A stretch of DNA of 57,014 nucleotides, filler included, from Platydemus manokwari (GCA_037951405.1; 4 parts of 4 records of this genome joined end to end with filler, not necessarily neighbours in it); one strand, 5' to 3'; shown: positions 24,765-38,669, counted from the whole stretch's first letter. Translations and numbers: made by a program. Notes: generated from the letters alone by a model not told the origin.

Positions 24765-26029
24765 GGAAAATGTAATTTGTTTCAATGAGTCCCTCTAACT
24801 ATAAATACTTCTCATAAGATCTTAGTGGTTAAAATGCTGTTTAGATTATTTCTATAAATATCTATACAAATTATTTCTATTAAACTATAAATATAAAATG
24901 AATTTGTATCAAGTTTTGCTAAAATAATTTGTAAGAATTTTCTTTTAAATTTTATTTACTTATATAGTTTAAATTTATAATCCATATCATCTGTTCTGTG
25001 AGCAACATAAATGATAAATGCTAGGATTAATTCTAGTTATTAGGATATTTCAATATGGCGACGCATCTATACAGGTGACGACAAAGCAAAATTTATTTCT
25101 TCAGTAAAGACATAAAAATCAAATCCATAATCGTGTAATTTAATGTACGCACACAAGATCAGTTTGAAATTATCGAGATTAAATTTATGTAGAATTAAAC
25201 TAACTAGCTTGTTAAGTAATGTCAAGCAAAAGACTTTTGTATAATATACAGGATATTGAAAAATTTGATAATGGATTTGCAAGTACTTAAAATGAACTTT
25301 TAATAATTTAATCCTGGGAAAAATTAAAAAAAAACTTATAATATTACTGTAATATTAAATATAAAAAAAATAAGAATTTTAAATCTTAGTTTTGGATTTC
25401 ATGCCTCTTTTTAACCACTACTTTCACTGTTGCTAAGTTCTCTGAAATCGGATGCAAGATAATTGACTTCTCAAAAATATTAATGATTATATATTTTACG
25501 ATTCTCGAGAAATCATAAATATTAAAAACAGAAACGCTGCAGTAATTCCGGATGTGCATAAGTTTGCTTAATTTCAAATAGAAATAAGCTATCCAGAGTT
25601 TTCGGAATTATAAATGTATATACGTGGAGAGAGAGAAAGAATTAATACATAAATACTATTGAGAAAATGCAATATGACATAAAGCTGATTATAATTAAAA
25701 AGAGCACAGATTTACGAGCGTATAATAACATTCCTTCTTTTACATTTATAGAAGAATAAGAGAAAATCATTATTTAAAATATTATTAAAACAAAAACAGT
25801 AATAAGAACATGACTTATATTATTTAAGAATAATAAAAGCTTTTGTCTCCATAAATACATGATGACGACATGCTGACCTAATCATTAATTATATAAAAAT
25901 AAGATATATTAAATTTAGAAACATTGTGTTAAAAAGGACAACAGGATTGTAGATTATTACCAAGTTCTGTTAATAAATATAAGAATAAGTATTGAAGGTA
26001 GACTTGTAAAAGCGTATAAAAATCGAAAT

Positions 26030-26102
26030 GTTATTCATAAAGTTATAAAGTTATTCCTAAAGTTATAAAGTTATTCATAAAGTTATAAAGTTATTCATAA
26101 AG
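26030..26102. repeat. 20-bp minisatellite (gttattcataaagttataaa), ~3.5 copies
   Basis: Direct reading. Confidence 0.9.
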
Positions 26103-26791
26103 AATACTTTAATATAACAATAAATTTTTAAAGGGGTTTACCAAAACGAATAGATATCTGTTGAATAGAATTTATAAAACAACTGATTGTTTTTAATTTC
26201 TACATTTTGATGGATGAGTATCTTATTTAGTATAAAAAAATAAAATTACAAGAAGCTATTTTTAATAGTATTGGATCGATATAAATCGGGACATTTCCAG
26301 TTTATGAAAACATTAAATAATATTTGAAAAATCGATGCGAATAAAAATATAAAAGAATTACTAAAGAATTTCATTTAGATTCAATGTTATATATTTTCTA
26401 TCATTATTCCCTATTCTTTTTTAGTGACATTAAAATGACCTGGGAATTTTGTATCATGAAAATTATATTGCACAGAAAAATATTGATAAATAGTTTTTTT
26501 TCTTTTGTTTATATAATTGATTGAAAAATAATCTTGAATAAATTAGGTTATTACTTTGATAGTTGAAATCATCAAAATGAAAAATTGAAATGAAACGTCA
26601 GATAAATAAGTAACACAAATTATTGGATAAAAACTTTAAGACCAAATAATAATTCAACACTTTTATTTTACTTTATGGGTTTTTTCGAAAAATGTACAAT
26701 AAAATCTGCAAATTTTCAAAGACAGTATTATCTGCATATCTTAAATTAATATTAGAATGATTTGGATTTTAGAGCATAATAGTTATGATAA

Positions 26792-27262
26792 AGAAATATA
26801 ACAGCAAGAAATGTGAATCACTATTGATTTATGTATTTGTATTATCGAAGAACAAAATAATCTTCACCAGCTTGATCGTGAAGTACACATTGTTTTCTAT
26901 ATTTTTCAGAAAACGAAATACATTTTAAGTAGCTGAAATATAGTTTTCGGCGTTAAATATTCGATCGAAAATGTGTTTCCATAAGATTGGCTACATTTTT
27001 ATAATCTTTAATCTATCCACCAAAATGATCTTAAATAGTTTCATCAATTATTAGAACTGTATCGAAAAATATACAAGTCATTAAATTTGATTTGATAAAC
27101 TCATATCCAAATACATGGACATATTTTATATAACAGAAATATAACAACAAGAAACACGATCAACGAAAGTGAATTATTATTGATATTTTATTTGTATTAT
27201 TGAACTTAAAATTCTCTACCAGCTTGATCGTGAAAAACACTTTGATTTCATCACTTTTCAGA
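26792..27262. repeat. Diverged ~120-bp direct repeat pair (about 26792-26911 and 27134-27262)
   Basis: Shared blocks agaaatataaca(g/a)caagaaa, tatttgtattat, accagcttgatcgtgaa and ttttcagaa in the same order. Confidence 0.7.
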
Positions 27263-27562
27263 ACCGTATTGAAAAATACACAAATCGTTGGATTCAATTT
27301 GAGAAATTCATATCCTTATACATTGACTTCACAGATATTTATTGAATCTAATTCATTAGGTTATGAAACAACTACGGTCATTGAACAACCATAGTTAACG
27401 GAGAATGAAAGCATTTTAATTTGTTGTGCACTAATTTAATGTAGTGGCACATATCAGGAATAACAGTAATAGAAGAAACATGATCGCGAACTACAATCCA
27501 CCATTTAATAATGGATTTTCTTGACTAAGGCAACATAAATCTAAAATGTTTTAAAAATTGTA

Positions 27563-27689
27563 TTGGGTCTATAACTTAAAAACCGGAATTTTTTAGAACA
27601 ATTGAGTGTTTTTTAAAGAAAATCTTGTACAATTCTGTTATCCAAAGTAATGTCCATCGGAAGTTACAACATTTCCCCATCTTTCGGGC
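27563..27689 (-). mobile_element. 3' end of a mariner transposon cut by the gap
   Basis: Minus strand PERWGNVVTSDGHYFG* is a mariner transposase C-terminus. TA|TTGGGTCTATAACTTAAAAACCGG is a TIR-like end at 27561-27590. Confidence 0.85.
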
Positions 27690-27789
27690 NNNNNNNNNNN
27701 NNNNNNNNNNNNNNNNNNNNNNNNNNNNNNNNNTTAATTAATTAANNNNNNNNNNNNNNNNNNNNNNNNNNNNNNNNNNNNNNNNNNNN
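27690..27789. other. Assembly gap with TTAATTAATTAA linker
   Basis: N-run with linker at 27734-27745. Confidence 0.97.
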
Positions 27790-27864
27790 GTTAAGTAGTT
27801 TTTAAAAAATTTTGATTTAAAGTTCAATATATAAAAATCGGACATTTCATATGGGACAACCTAA
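27790..27864. mobile_element. Terminal inverted repeat of a second mariner family
   Basis: Reverse complement TA|TTAGGTTGTCCCATATGAAATGTCCGATTTT has a typical mariner TTAGGTTG start next to a TA. Confidence 0.65.
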
Positions 27865-29078
27865 TATATTAAAGATGCGTTTGATAATAATAAACCATAT
27901 GCATTTTAGGGTTACGCAGCTGTATCTTTATGAGTAGCTTATGATAGAGTCCTTTACAATTATGTGCGGCATTTATCTTCATCTTCCGATTCATTTGTCA
28001 TCCGCGTAGTACTCAACATAGCCGTTAAGTTGGTTGTTTAATTTGGGATAAGTATTGAGCCCAATTTATTATAAGTCGTGATTTCTTCCGTTTCTTCTAT
28101 TTTATCTTCTTTCAAAATTCTGGTAGAAAAGATTGGTATGAACGTGTTTCCAAAGAGATTTTTTCGGTAAATATTGTCATTATATTTGGGAATTTTTTAG
28201 AATGGTTAGTTTTTGTTTTGATATATCAAATAGTACTTCAATATGAGAAGATGTATCTGTAAGTGTTCGCTATAATACTCACTTTGGGGCTGTCTGTCAT
28301 CGGATATTTCAATTAGATCATAGTTATATCGATTGAATTTATTTACTATAAGGATCAGTGTCATAGCAATTGGCATTTTGCTTAATAGTTTTATTCTAAT
28401 TTGGAAAATGATAATATTCGGTTATGGTATAATTAGAGTTTTTCCTTGTCTTACTGACAAAAAACAAGTCTTAAGGTTTCATTTGTATGAAGGTCTTGAA
28501 ATGTGAGATGCTTCGATTTGCTTAGCCACCCAATGGTTTATGAAGAAGCCGCCGTATAATAATATTTAGGGAGTACATTAGCATTTATAGTTAACCAAAA
28601 AACATTCCATTCATACTTTCACATCGTAGTACTACCGGTCAACGTATTTCAACCCGTGGGGGGTACCTTCGCAAGAATATTTAAAATAGTTAATACCTTT
28701 AATTGTGAGACCAAGGGATATCTTTGTCCCTGAGATGATTGAATACCTTTTCCTGTTGAATCTTCTTTACCAAATCCTGTTTCGCGGGTATAATCAGATT
28801 AACTTTCTTATCAGTGACCTCTTCATATTTTTTGCATCTAATCGAATGTCGGAGATAAGATAATTGGTAATTTTCCCACTTTTCGTATTATATGGTTTGT
28901 ATCTGTGACTCTATCAAATAGTGTAATATCCTCTTTAAATTATTCAGCTTAATAATTTATTGACAAATGAAACAAAAAAGAAAATCAATATACATTTATT
29001 ACAACAAATGAAATGTGAAACTTTGATTATTCTGGAACGCTGCATTTTATATGGAGTAACGATCTTGCATATGTTGGG

Positions 29079-29300
29079 TTATCAATCAACATTTTAGATC
29101 TGAAAAGCTGTATTAACTAAAGTATTACACTTAGTCACAACAACAGCAACAGCAAATCTTTTCACAATTCACAAAGTAAATCACTCTGGGTGGGATTAGC
29201 GCTCGAAAGTCAAAAACAAAATGAAAAGTAATCAAAAGACTAATTGCTAAAATCATACATAAGCTAAACACTCAAGTTACTGACCAAAAAAGACTGGCCA
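29079..29300 (+). repeat. Dispersed repeat, copy A (inverted partner of 31276-31505)
   Basis: gaaagtcaaaaacaaaatgaaaagtaatcaaaagactaattgctaaaatcatacataagctaaacactcaagttactgaccaaaa aligns with the reverse complement of ~31285-31372. Confidence 0.8.
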
Positions 29301-30046
29301 TCGTTGTCAAAAATGAGCTCTTTTATAATATTCCTACACACTTTTAGTAGATCTATACAATATTTTTCTCATTATCAAGATTTGCTTTGAATTCCATCAG
29401 ATTTCATTTCTTTTTCCTTGAATCTATGTATAATCAAAGCGTTGTCAGCCTTTCAGGATTGACCATGGAGATGTGAAAGTGGTAATTGAGCTTTTAAGAT
29501 TTATAATAACCATTTATAGAAACCATTTGAAAATTGTGCCAACAGAACTTTCAGTGATTATGGATTACTCATCTGATTTGTCGAGATTCAACAAGAGCTT
29601 ATTAGGAGAATGACTGTGATTGTCTGAACTCTTTGATAAACCATTCTATTGATATTAATTTTTTATTAGCTATTTCTTGAGAATTGATCAATGGTCTTAC
29701 TGTCACGTGAGAAGAATCAAAGTGGCTTTGAATATTTTGAAAGGAATGCCTCGATAAAGGTGAGATATTTTTGATTTTCCGAATGATGTCACTTTGGAAA
29801 AGGACACTTTGTGAGGCACAAAGACTCTTCTTTCAATAACTGTTCATATTCAGAGATCAATAAATAATTATTAATTAATTTAATTAATTTTTTTTTATTT
29901 AATATTAAAATAATGATTTAGACGGAGACATTTACAGAAACATATTTATGGCAACAAAATAATGCGGGATAATTATATTGCGTTAAAAGATTTATTTTTG
30001 TTGTAAAAATATTTATTGGAATAATTTGTACTGCAAATCATTTCCA

Positions 30047-30516
30047 TTAATTTATTTTTAGCATAACAAAGCGCATTATTGATTTGATAATTTTCCATCT
30101 GTGATCGACTTTATCTTCAATCAATATAAAAGTTTCGTTGAATAATTTAAAATCCTTTGGATTTTGTTTTAAATGATAATTTACTTCACCGCTTATGAAA
30201 ATCTGGATCGAACTGAAGTTTGGTGATATTGTACCTATTATTTATGATTAAAATAACAATTAAATTGTCTCATAAACTTACTACTTATTGGTAGTGAGCA
30301 TATAGATGAAATTTTTGTTAGAGATTTTGGTAAACTGTCATAGAACTGTTGTATTGCTGATAGAGAAACATTTTCGTGACCATTCCATGTTACTGAAGAG
30401 CCATCACTACAGAAATATGAAGATATTTTCCCCCGTTTCAAATCCATAGTTTTATAATATTCTTTGGCAAAAGATTCAGCAATTTTTGATACCGTGATGA
30501 AATGTTCGTGATCCAT
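30047..30516 (-). CDS. NXT1: NTF2-related export protein NXT1/p15, 140 aa; exons 30516-30282 and 30234-30047
   Basis: AESFAKEYYKTMD, VTWNGH, FYDSLPKS; 47-nt phase-1 intron (GTAAGT...TAG); exon 2 IFISGEVNY, FNETFIL, RWKIIKSIMRF. Confidence 0.9.
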
Positions 30517-31275
30517 AAGAATTAAAAATAGTGAATAATAATAATAATAATGAAAATTTATTAAAACTAATTATTGTTATTTATTCGAAAAATATTGTAC
30601 GTTAAATTAAAAATTTTTATTTCCTTTAATAATTTCGAGTATCTATTTTGATTTCCGTAATTAATTTGATCACTTAATTTAATATTCGTGATAATGAAGA
30701 AACAATTTTTGGGATAAACATAATAATTCTAATTTATTATAACGTAATTATCATATATTATAACTATAACCACTTAACAAATGCCTGTAATGAATGATCG
30801 GATTTCATTGAAAACAAACATGTTGATTGTTCTATAATTTATCGAATTTTTGGTTTGGAATTTGCGGCTATAATATGTTGGTTCATACTAGATAAATATA
30901 ATATTAGTTACTGATCGGTACTTTTTGATAGATATGAGTTAACTCAATTTGATCTCCATTAAAATTTTTGGATATATCACAAGTTGATCAAAAGGATCAC
31001 AAGAACCAAGGAAAGATCAACACATATAAACACTATAAACATACGTACCGCTAACCAATCAGATTCATTCTAATGTTAATTCATATTTAGAAGCTAATAA
31101 TCGACTGGTACATGTTTACAAACGTCAGCAAGCTCAAATATCCCCCAATGGTGTGAGAGATATAAGGAAAATTCCAAGTAAATCGATCCACAAAGAACTT
31201 CAGCGAATTGAAAATGAAGATCCGAGACATCAAGTATACAGACTCGATAAAAGAGGTTGAATTCAATGGATTCTT

Positions 31276-31505
31276 GCCAATCTATTTTGGTCAATAACTT
31301 AAGTGCTTAGCTTATGTGTGATTTTAGTAATCAGTCTTTTCGATTACTCTTCATTTCGTTTTTAACTTTCAAACGCTGATCCCATCTTGAATGATTTTCT
31401 TTGTGAATTTGCCTAAAGATTTGTTGTTGTTATTATTGAGTCTTTGAGTGTATTATTTTGGTTAATACAGATTTGTAGATTCAAATTGTTGTTGATAACT
31501 CAACA
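31276..31505 (-). repeat. Dispersed repeat, copy B (inverted partner of 29079-29300)
   Basis: See copy A. Confidence 0.8.
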
Positions 31506-33429
31506 AAATGATATGTATATGTATTACCCATCACCGCTGGTTTGCTCCTTAATCATGTCGAAAAGCTTTGTGAAGACAATCTATTGGGAATTTTCGAATC
31601 TTCATAAAGATTTGTAGCTTTATGTGTAGTGAATTCTGGATTGTCGATTGTAACAGCAATCAGTTTGTTTATCAACGCTCGATAATTTCACTAGCTAATT
31701 ATCAATACATCAAATCTTTATCTTTGACTCAGTAGTGGTTTCCAAATATATAAAAGACAAATTATGTTGAAAAATATTTATTTGGTTTATAATAAGAAAT
31801 GTAAAATCACATGACCTAAATGTCATGTACTAAATGTTTATCGATTATGTTATTCACATTTAATGTTCAATCCATACTGAACACAATGAAAGAGGCAATC
31901 AATTTTTAACTTATTAATGCTATATTAATTAATGGAACTGCTGATAATTATTGAATCCCGAACAATATTCAATTGTAAGTGCTTCGAATGAACCTGAGAT
32001 TTTCGTATTAATAAATTAAACACTCGGTAAGTGATTTTTATTATCAGAGAACGACCACTCAAAGTTATTTAAATTGCTCTAGAAATAATTGACATGATTC
32101 GTAAACTGCATAAGGACACTTGATAATTCGGTCAGATGTCAAGATTATTAGCTGGAATATTTGTTTCTGTTGTAAAATTAATTATTCAATGCTCCTTTCA
32201 AAATGCTCATTTCATTACAAGAACTGAATTTTAAGAGTATAATTTATCAGTGAATTACTGTCTTTCTAATTTGTAATCGCTATTTTGTGATGATTTAGTA
32301 ATTTTTTATTAACTCCTTTATTGTTTTTCACATTTTATGCCCATAATTTGTAAAATCTCACAGTTAATTGAAGTTCAGAGAATTAATAAAACATCGATAA
32401 ATAAATTGTGTTGATTGATAATTCATAATTGTAATGATTCGCACCAATCGAAATTGATACTCGTCAGTTTTAAAAAAAATGTTCGGTAATTCCAGTCTCA
32501 ATAGATTTATCGAGTGTTGATTTATGCGTTTGTGAATTACCTGGCTATTTGATTGTTGTGTATGTTCAGTGGACTGTGTTTTGCTCCGGTCACACTGACT
32601 TAATAAAATATAAACAGATTTTCACGTTGGCATCATATGATTTACAACGCCTTTTTAATTGATATGTTTTGGTAATCAGTTTTGTTATCTATTATTATAA
32701 TTCTACTGTTATATATTGTGATTCTTTATCCAGCACATTTTAATATTCTCTTAATTTTCGCCATCAATTATTTTCATTTTACAGTTTGTAAGTAATATAT
32801 CTTTATTTCAGACATAAAAGTGATTCACATAAATCATAATGTACAGCAATTATAATGTACACAAGATTAAGTAAAGGCTAGATGAAATGCAATTATTGAT
32901 TACTGGGAATGATCCGCATGTTTCAACAATTATCTAAATAACTTGTTTTATTGCTGGGATTTATTCAGAAATCAGTTTTTGATTATTTTTATAGTGTTAA
33001 GGCTTTCTAACATCCTAGTTATGCTTGGATTACTATTCAGTAGATAAATCCGATCTAGAGTTTCCACGAAAAATAAGCTCTAGGGTTCTGATACTTGTAT
33101 GAAATTGGGTTTAAAAATTCCGGTGGAAACTGTGATATAAAGTTGTTCTATGTTTGAAGACCGGAATTTTTGAGATTCAATGAAAATATTGCTAAATTCA
33201 ACTATAGTGATACAATGAGACATTATGTGGAATTTCCATTGAAAACTTTTACCATTTCTTGTAAACATTAAATTTTCATTACATAGCCTCTTTATTTTGA
33301 TAAATTTAATAAGCAATTATTGATTCCATTCATATATTGGGAGAAGTTGGAAATAATATAAAAGAATTAAATTTAGAATTAAATTACCAAATTCTAATAA
33401 ATACGTTATCCAACACTACTCTTCTCATC

Positions 33430-33710
33430 TACATGACAGTATTTGAAGCTGCTCAGTTTTGGAATCAATCTATGAAACAGAAAATTCAAACCTTTGTATT
33501 ATGGTTACCAAATAATTGGACTGTGTTGAAACTAATCAAAGGATATTAAAAAACAACTTCAAAGTGCTGTGAATATAGATAAATTGTTCTTCAAGACGGC
33601 TATGAGGATATTGATGTCTGTGTTACCTGTTAATGTGATTGCTGCAATCTAAGGGTTGCCTGCATTTCAGTCATACGTCAAAATTAATTTAACATATCTT
33701 AGATTTTAAA
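33430..33710 (+). mobile_element. Possible decayed hAT transposase C-terminal (dimerisation) region
   Basis: KLFFKTAMRILMSVLPVNVIAAI*...INLTYLRF loosely fits IL..LPV....ERSFS....TYLR. Confidence 0.3.
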
Positions 33711-34647
33711 TGCTGCTATATTTGAAAATTATTGCTAAAGATCTTCCTGATAATAGAATAGGACACATTTAATTATCTTAATCTTTATTTGAATGACAAT
33801 GAATTGCAAATACATCAGCTAATCAAAACTTATCAATTGAATAAGAGTAATCATTCCTATTTTTGTAAATCAAACTGATTAAGATTAAATTTCTTTTCAA
33901 CAATATCAAAAAACTAACAATAGTGGCTACCGCCACCTAGTCAACTATTTAAAATCAGAAATTAAACAAACCAAAGATTTATTATAATTAACTAAAAATG
34001 TATCATTGATCAAAATCAGCCAATGATAATGTCAAAATTAGTCCACCAAACCATCACTGGATTTTCCGTTATCAAAAAATCATAATCGATTTTATTTATA
34101 GAACTCTCGGCTCTCAATGAATATCCATAATTTTATAATTTTTATTCGTGTAATTGATCTTAAAAAATCGAGCTTGGTCAATACTTGTGCTGGTGTGATC
34201 ATACTTTACGTTGAAGTGAAACATCTGTCATCATTTTGATTGGTCAGTGGACGTGCCTGCATGAATGTGTAAGTATACATATCATAAATAATGAAAGCAA
34301 TGGTTCTAATGTGTATGTCTTTGCTTGTTATGAATATGTTTTAAGTGGTAATTTAACTCAGTTCTACACAGGTTTCATTGATGTTTCATACTTTGGACTC
34401 TTTTGATTGGATTACACGTTTGATTGTTATTTTAGGTTTGCGTATTTATATCATGAATATTTGTAATTCGTTTTGTTTTTGGTGCCTGATGGAGATGCTT
34501 ATGACTGTGCAATTATGCATGTGCCCAGGTTTAAGCAGTTTATTTAAAGATTTCTGGATATTTGTTTGTGGAGAAAGAATACTCGAACATAAAATTATGT
34601 TCATCAATTTTGGCGAATAAGCCATTATCCATTAAATTGGATAATTA

Positions 34648-35078
34648 ATTAAAATTTTGAATTCAACGAGGTTGAGAACAACTATTTTCAGAATCATGTA
34701 ATCATACATGTAATTTATATACCAACATTGCAGGCATAGCTGAAACATTAATAATTCTACTAGTGTTTTCGGAAAATAACTTTTTTAAAAAGCACAAGCA
34801 GCTTTATTGATAGAAATAAAATATTCCTAATAATCTATACATAATTGTAACACTTTAACATTGTAAAATATTGACTTGATTCATTTTTCTCAGGACAACC
34901 TATTCAGAATGTCTTTTCAAAAATTACATACTTCAAAGAAGAATTTATCGATTTGATTAGGTTACCATACATCTGCAAAAAATAACGAAATTTTTATGGC
35001 TTCCAATCAAATCTGTGGACTCACACTATTATCAACACGGTTTCTGCCGTTTCGGATGGCTGAAGTAAACGAAGACAT
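34648..35078 (-). CDS. Candidate small spliced gene of unknown function (exons 35078-35025, 34972-34932, then tentative micro-exons from 34739 and 34681)
   Basis: aaaATG start; 52-nt intron GTGAGT...TTTTTTGCAG; second donor GTATGT; in-frame MSSFTSAIRNGRNRVDNS/MYGNLIKSINSSLN/YACN. The 3' structure is ambiguous. Confidence 0.35.
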
Positions 35079-37034
35079 TTTAAAATTGAAATCGTAATAA
35101 AATTATTTATGAAATTCAATATATTAATTGTGTGTAATAAACCGATTTGTTTATTTAAAATGCGCTACGACTATCTAATCAAGAATAATTATGATTTATG
35201 CAAATTAGTTGTTTGTTGACGATGATAGGAAACCAAATATTAGAATAAAACAGATTGTGATTGTATTGGGTTTTTAAACGGTGAATTCAGACGGAATGTA
35301 TATCAAAACATACATTGAAATAAATCATTTGGGCTTTATAAATTTTAAAATGACAACCTATATGTTATCTAATTAAACTAAGTTTTTTATCCATTTATTC
35401 TAACAACTCGATTGATTAACATAATAGAAAAATATTGTGATGCCATGGATTAATGAACGAAATGAACAATTTAATATGAATCTCAATGAAATCTATTCTA
35501 TATTTAAAATTATCTGAACTAATGATAATCATTTTATAAAAAAACAAAGATAAGTTGTACTATTTTATATTCAAACTTAACTAAAAGTGCATAGTTATCA
35601 ATCTACTGCCAACGTTTACAATGAAATTACTACTTGTACTAAAACATTGACTTGAATGTATTCTTATTCAGATGATTTTACATAAATGGTCAATGTCCAG
35701 GTTATCATCAAATTAAAGTTGCAATGTATTTAATATTCAGAGATCATCGAATGTAAATAAATTACATCTCACAATTTATTCAAATCTATAAAGTATTATG
35801 ATGAGTTTAATGATAATATTTTAATAAGGTTATTAAATGGTTGGTGCTGGAAAACATTTTCAATGAATATTAATTTTTTTATACTTCGCATTATTCTTCA
35901 AGAACTTGAGTTATTATTACGTTTGGTGATTTATTTTATATTTTATTTACTAACCATTGTTGGTACTATCAATATTATCATTTAAACTGATATTGTAACA
36001 AAAAATTTTTTATCATATGTTCATTAATCAGATACTTATTTTACCAAAAAATTAAAGCTTATTTATGTCAATCATGTTATTATGAAGATAACCAAATCGA
36101 TATATGATTTAGAGATTTTGATGGCTATTTTTGCATAATAGAGTTATGTTTGTGTATTAAAAATTGTTTGGAAAGTGGCAGAAAGTAGAAAATAGTTTAC
36201 GTTTTTAACAAATGTTATTTGATTTACTGCATTGAACAATGATAAGATTTTAAACGAATTTGTTCAACATTTAATAAATATGCTCATAATCCGAATTGGT
36301 TTAATGATTCAGGGGGTACGGACCTTACATTAGTGTATCCCGAGCAAACGTTTAAAGGATGGATTCCATTAAAATATCAATTAACCCATTTATTGCACAG
36401 CCCCTCTGACTTAAATGGGATTTACTATATAAATCAATGTAAGCCCCAAAGGTACTCTAATTTCCAAGGTTTGACTGTAAAAAAAATATTGAACAATTCC
36501 AACAGATAGCATAACGGCACACCAGTTTTATAATTCTTTCTATTCATTAATATCAGATAGGATTTTGAATCCATAATTACATGATTTAATAAAAGTTGGA
36601 GTTCAACTCATGGTCACTTTACTAAAGTATTATTAATCAGTTCGTCATGGTCACATGCTGTAAATGCAATTTTGGTTTCATATAAATTCAATGCTAGCAA
36701 TGACCTTATTAATTGAAATCAGAATACATCAATTCATGATTTCCACAGTTTGGGTTGTGGAAACAATGTATATCACAGTATACAAGTTATATGAGTTGAG
36801 GGAAGCCGGTAAATGTGATAGGCGACGGCTTAGGAAAAAAAATAAAATCAATAAAATAATACTCAGATTCGTTTGTTTCAAATGTTTAACATAAAACACA
36901 ATCAGTATTATAAAAATTATCAAATAATCAATATGATAGCCACCATAATTAACAAGATTAAATAATCACATTTATATTTTCTTATGAGTATAAATCAATA
37001 AAAATAAACTAAAATTGAAATGATTAGCTGATTC

Positions 37035-37577
37035 TCATGTATCCAAAGATCGACGATGACTGAAAATCAATTAGTTAATGTATGAAGATTAAATCGATTA
37101 CTTCATTATCCTAGCAAGTTGAAATAATCCAGTAAATGCCACAAACACATTTACACTGAATAAATTATAATTTTTCGGAATGATAACTAACGAATAACGA
37201 GACCAAATTGTCCCTGTCACAGCAAGCGCGCCACTTTGTGACACACTCAATTTGTCTGCTGGTCTCGCAATGTCGGCAAGCCCAGCAATAACTAGTGTCT
37301 AAATGTAATACTTTTCAACTTAATTTGACAGAAATTGAAAACTGAACAAATATTTCAATGCTTTACAAACCCATTTAAATGTTGGAGCCCAGAAAAATAT
37401 CGTCTTTGGACCTGAAATTAGACGTTTGAAAGTTGAAAAGTAATTTTATCTCGCCATTCAGTTAAGTTATAAATTATTAAATTATCAAATACCTGCTGAA
37501 TGCTGCCATATTGGTTGCAATTTTTGTGGAACTAATTTGTCTAATTTGCTAATTAGACTTCTATAAATTCCCGCCAT
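37035..37577 (-). CDS. MPC2: Mitochondrial pyruvate carrier 2, paralog A (115 aa); exons 37577-37493, 37411-37371, 37298-37102, 37059-37035
   Basis: WQHSAGPKTIFFWAPTFKWTLVIAGLADIARPADKLS and TGTIWSRYSLVIIPKNYNLFSVN; introns 81, 72, 42 nt, all GT-AG. Missed by the ORF track. Confidence 0.95.
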
Positions 37578-37728
37578 AGAATAATTATTATCTTTTAATA
37601 TATTAAAATAATGGTTTAAATGAATGTATTTTACTTTGTTGTATTTAATATTTAATATAATCAGTCAAATAAAAATTCAAATATCATTTAAAAATTATCA
37701 ATAGAATAAATTTGTAAAAACTTTAAGC

Positions 37729-37732
<4 letters not shown>

Positions 37733-37759
<27 letters not shown>
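37733..37759. repeat. (TA)n microsatellite upstream of MPC2-A (another at ~22247-22269)
   Basis: Direct reading. Confidence 0.9.
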
Positions 37760-37765
<6 letters not shown>

Positions 37766-38004
37766 GATGTTATTCCCGGTAGTGTCTGCTCCTTCAAATG
37801 TAAAGTAGAATTATTTTCCATTTAGTTTTTCAATAAAATAATGTTTTTCTTACTGCATAATTCCTCTGGTTTTAAGTGAAAACAATGTTAACAAAATTTA
37901 TTTTCACGATCATATGTAAAAGAAAATTATTTTTACTGAGTGAGTAGTGAAAACATTACAGGACAATCTCAAGCATTATAAGCTTCAGTACTTCTACTAA
38001 AAGG

Positions 38005-38240
38005 AGCGAAGAGTAGCTGGAACCAAGTGGAAAGACAAGATCGTAGGAAGACTGGATGCGAGAAACGACATTAACGCAATACTGAAAATGGGTTGTCATG
38101 AGAACCATGAAACAGATAAAGCCACATTATACCTGACCACAAGGTGACACCATGAACGAGTTTCAGATGGTCCAATAAAATGGTTATATCGCAGAAGCAA
38201 GAAAGGACATTGTTTTCAGACTGCCAGAATGAAAGAAAAA
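38005..38240 (+). mobile_element. Decayed 3' fragment of an RTE-type LINE
   Basis: RRVAGTKWKDKI followed by DWMRETT resembles the RTE post-RT R..G..W.D.I.N..IR..T segment. Confidence 0.45.
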
Positions 38241-38669
38241 ATAATTAATATTGTCAATATCGACTCGCTTTTAATAAAGTAGGATTTTGAATTCTCTTGC
38301 ACTGAATTTGAAATAGAGAAGCGGAAATTAGTTAACTTTGAATCACCACTTTCTTTTCACTAAGGGGCTTATCTTAAATTTATTTTTCAATTTGTGTAGT
38401 TGATGATGACAAATTTCCCTGCTATATGCGCATCCGACATCAATACAGCACATACAAATGGTTATGTAATTAGCATGGAGGTTGGTAGGTATATAACTGT
38501 GTTCGCTCTATCAAACAGTTCAGAAAATTAGATAAAAATAATGAAAATTTTAATTCTATGATTAACTTATTATCATATTTTATTTCATCATATGTGAATA
38601 TCAATAATATTAATGTCTTCTTAAATATTAAACAATAATGCATCGCATCATCATTGTCAATTTAAATTT

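Noticed and set aside
26030-26102. CRISPR-like array
   Set aside because: Head-to-tail minisatellite with no unique spacers, no cas genes, eukaryotic context.
33080-33760. Chain of minus-strand micro-exons continuing the 35078 candidate gene
   Set aside because: GT/AG pairs exist but no consistent open frame could be built; the plus strand fits a decayed hAT transposase tail at least as well.
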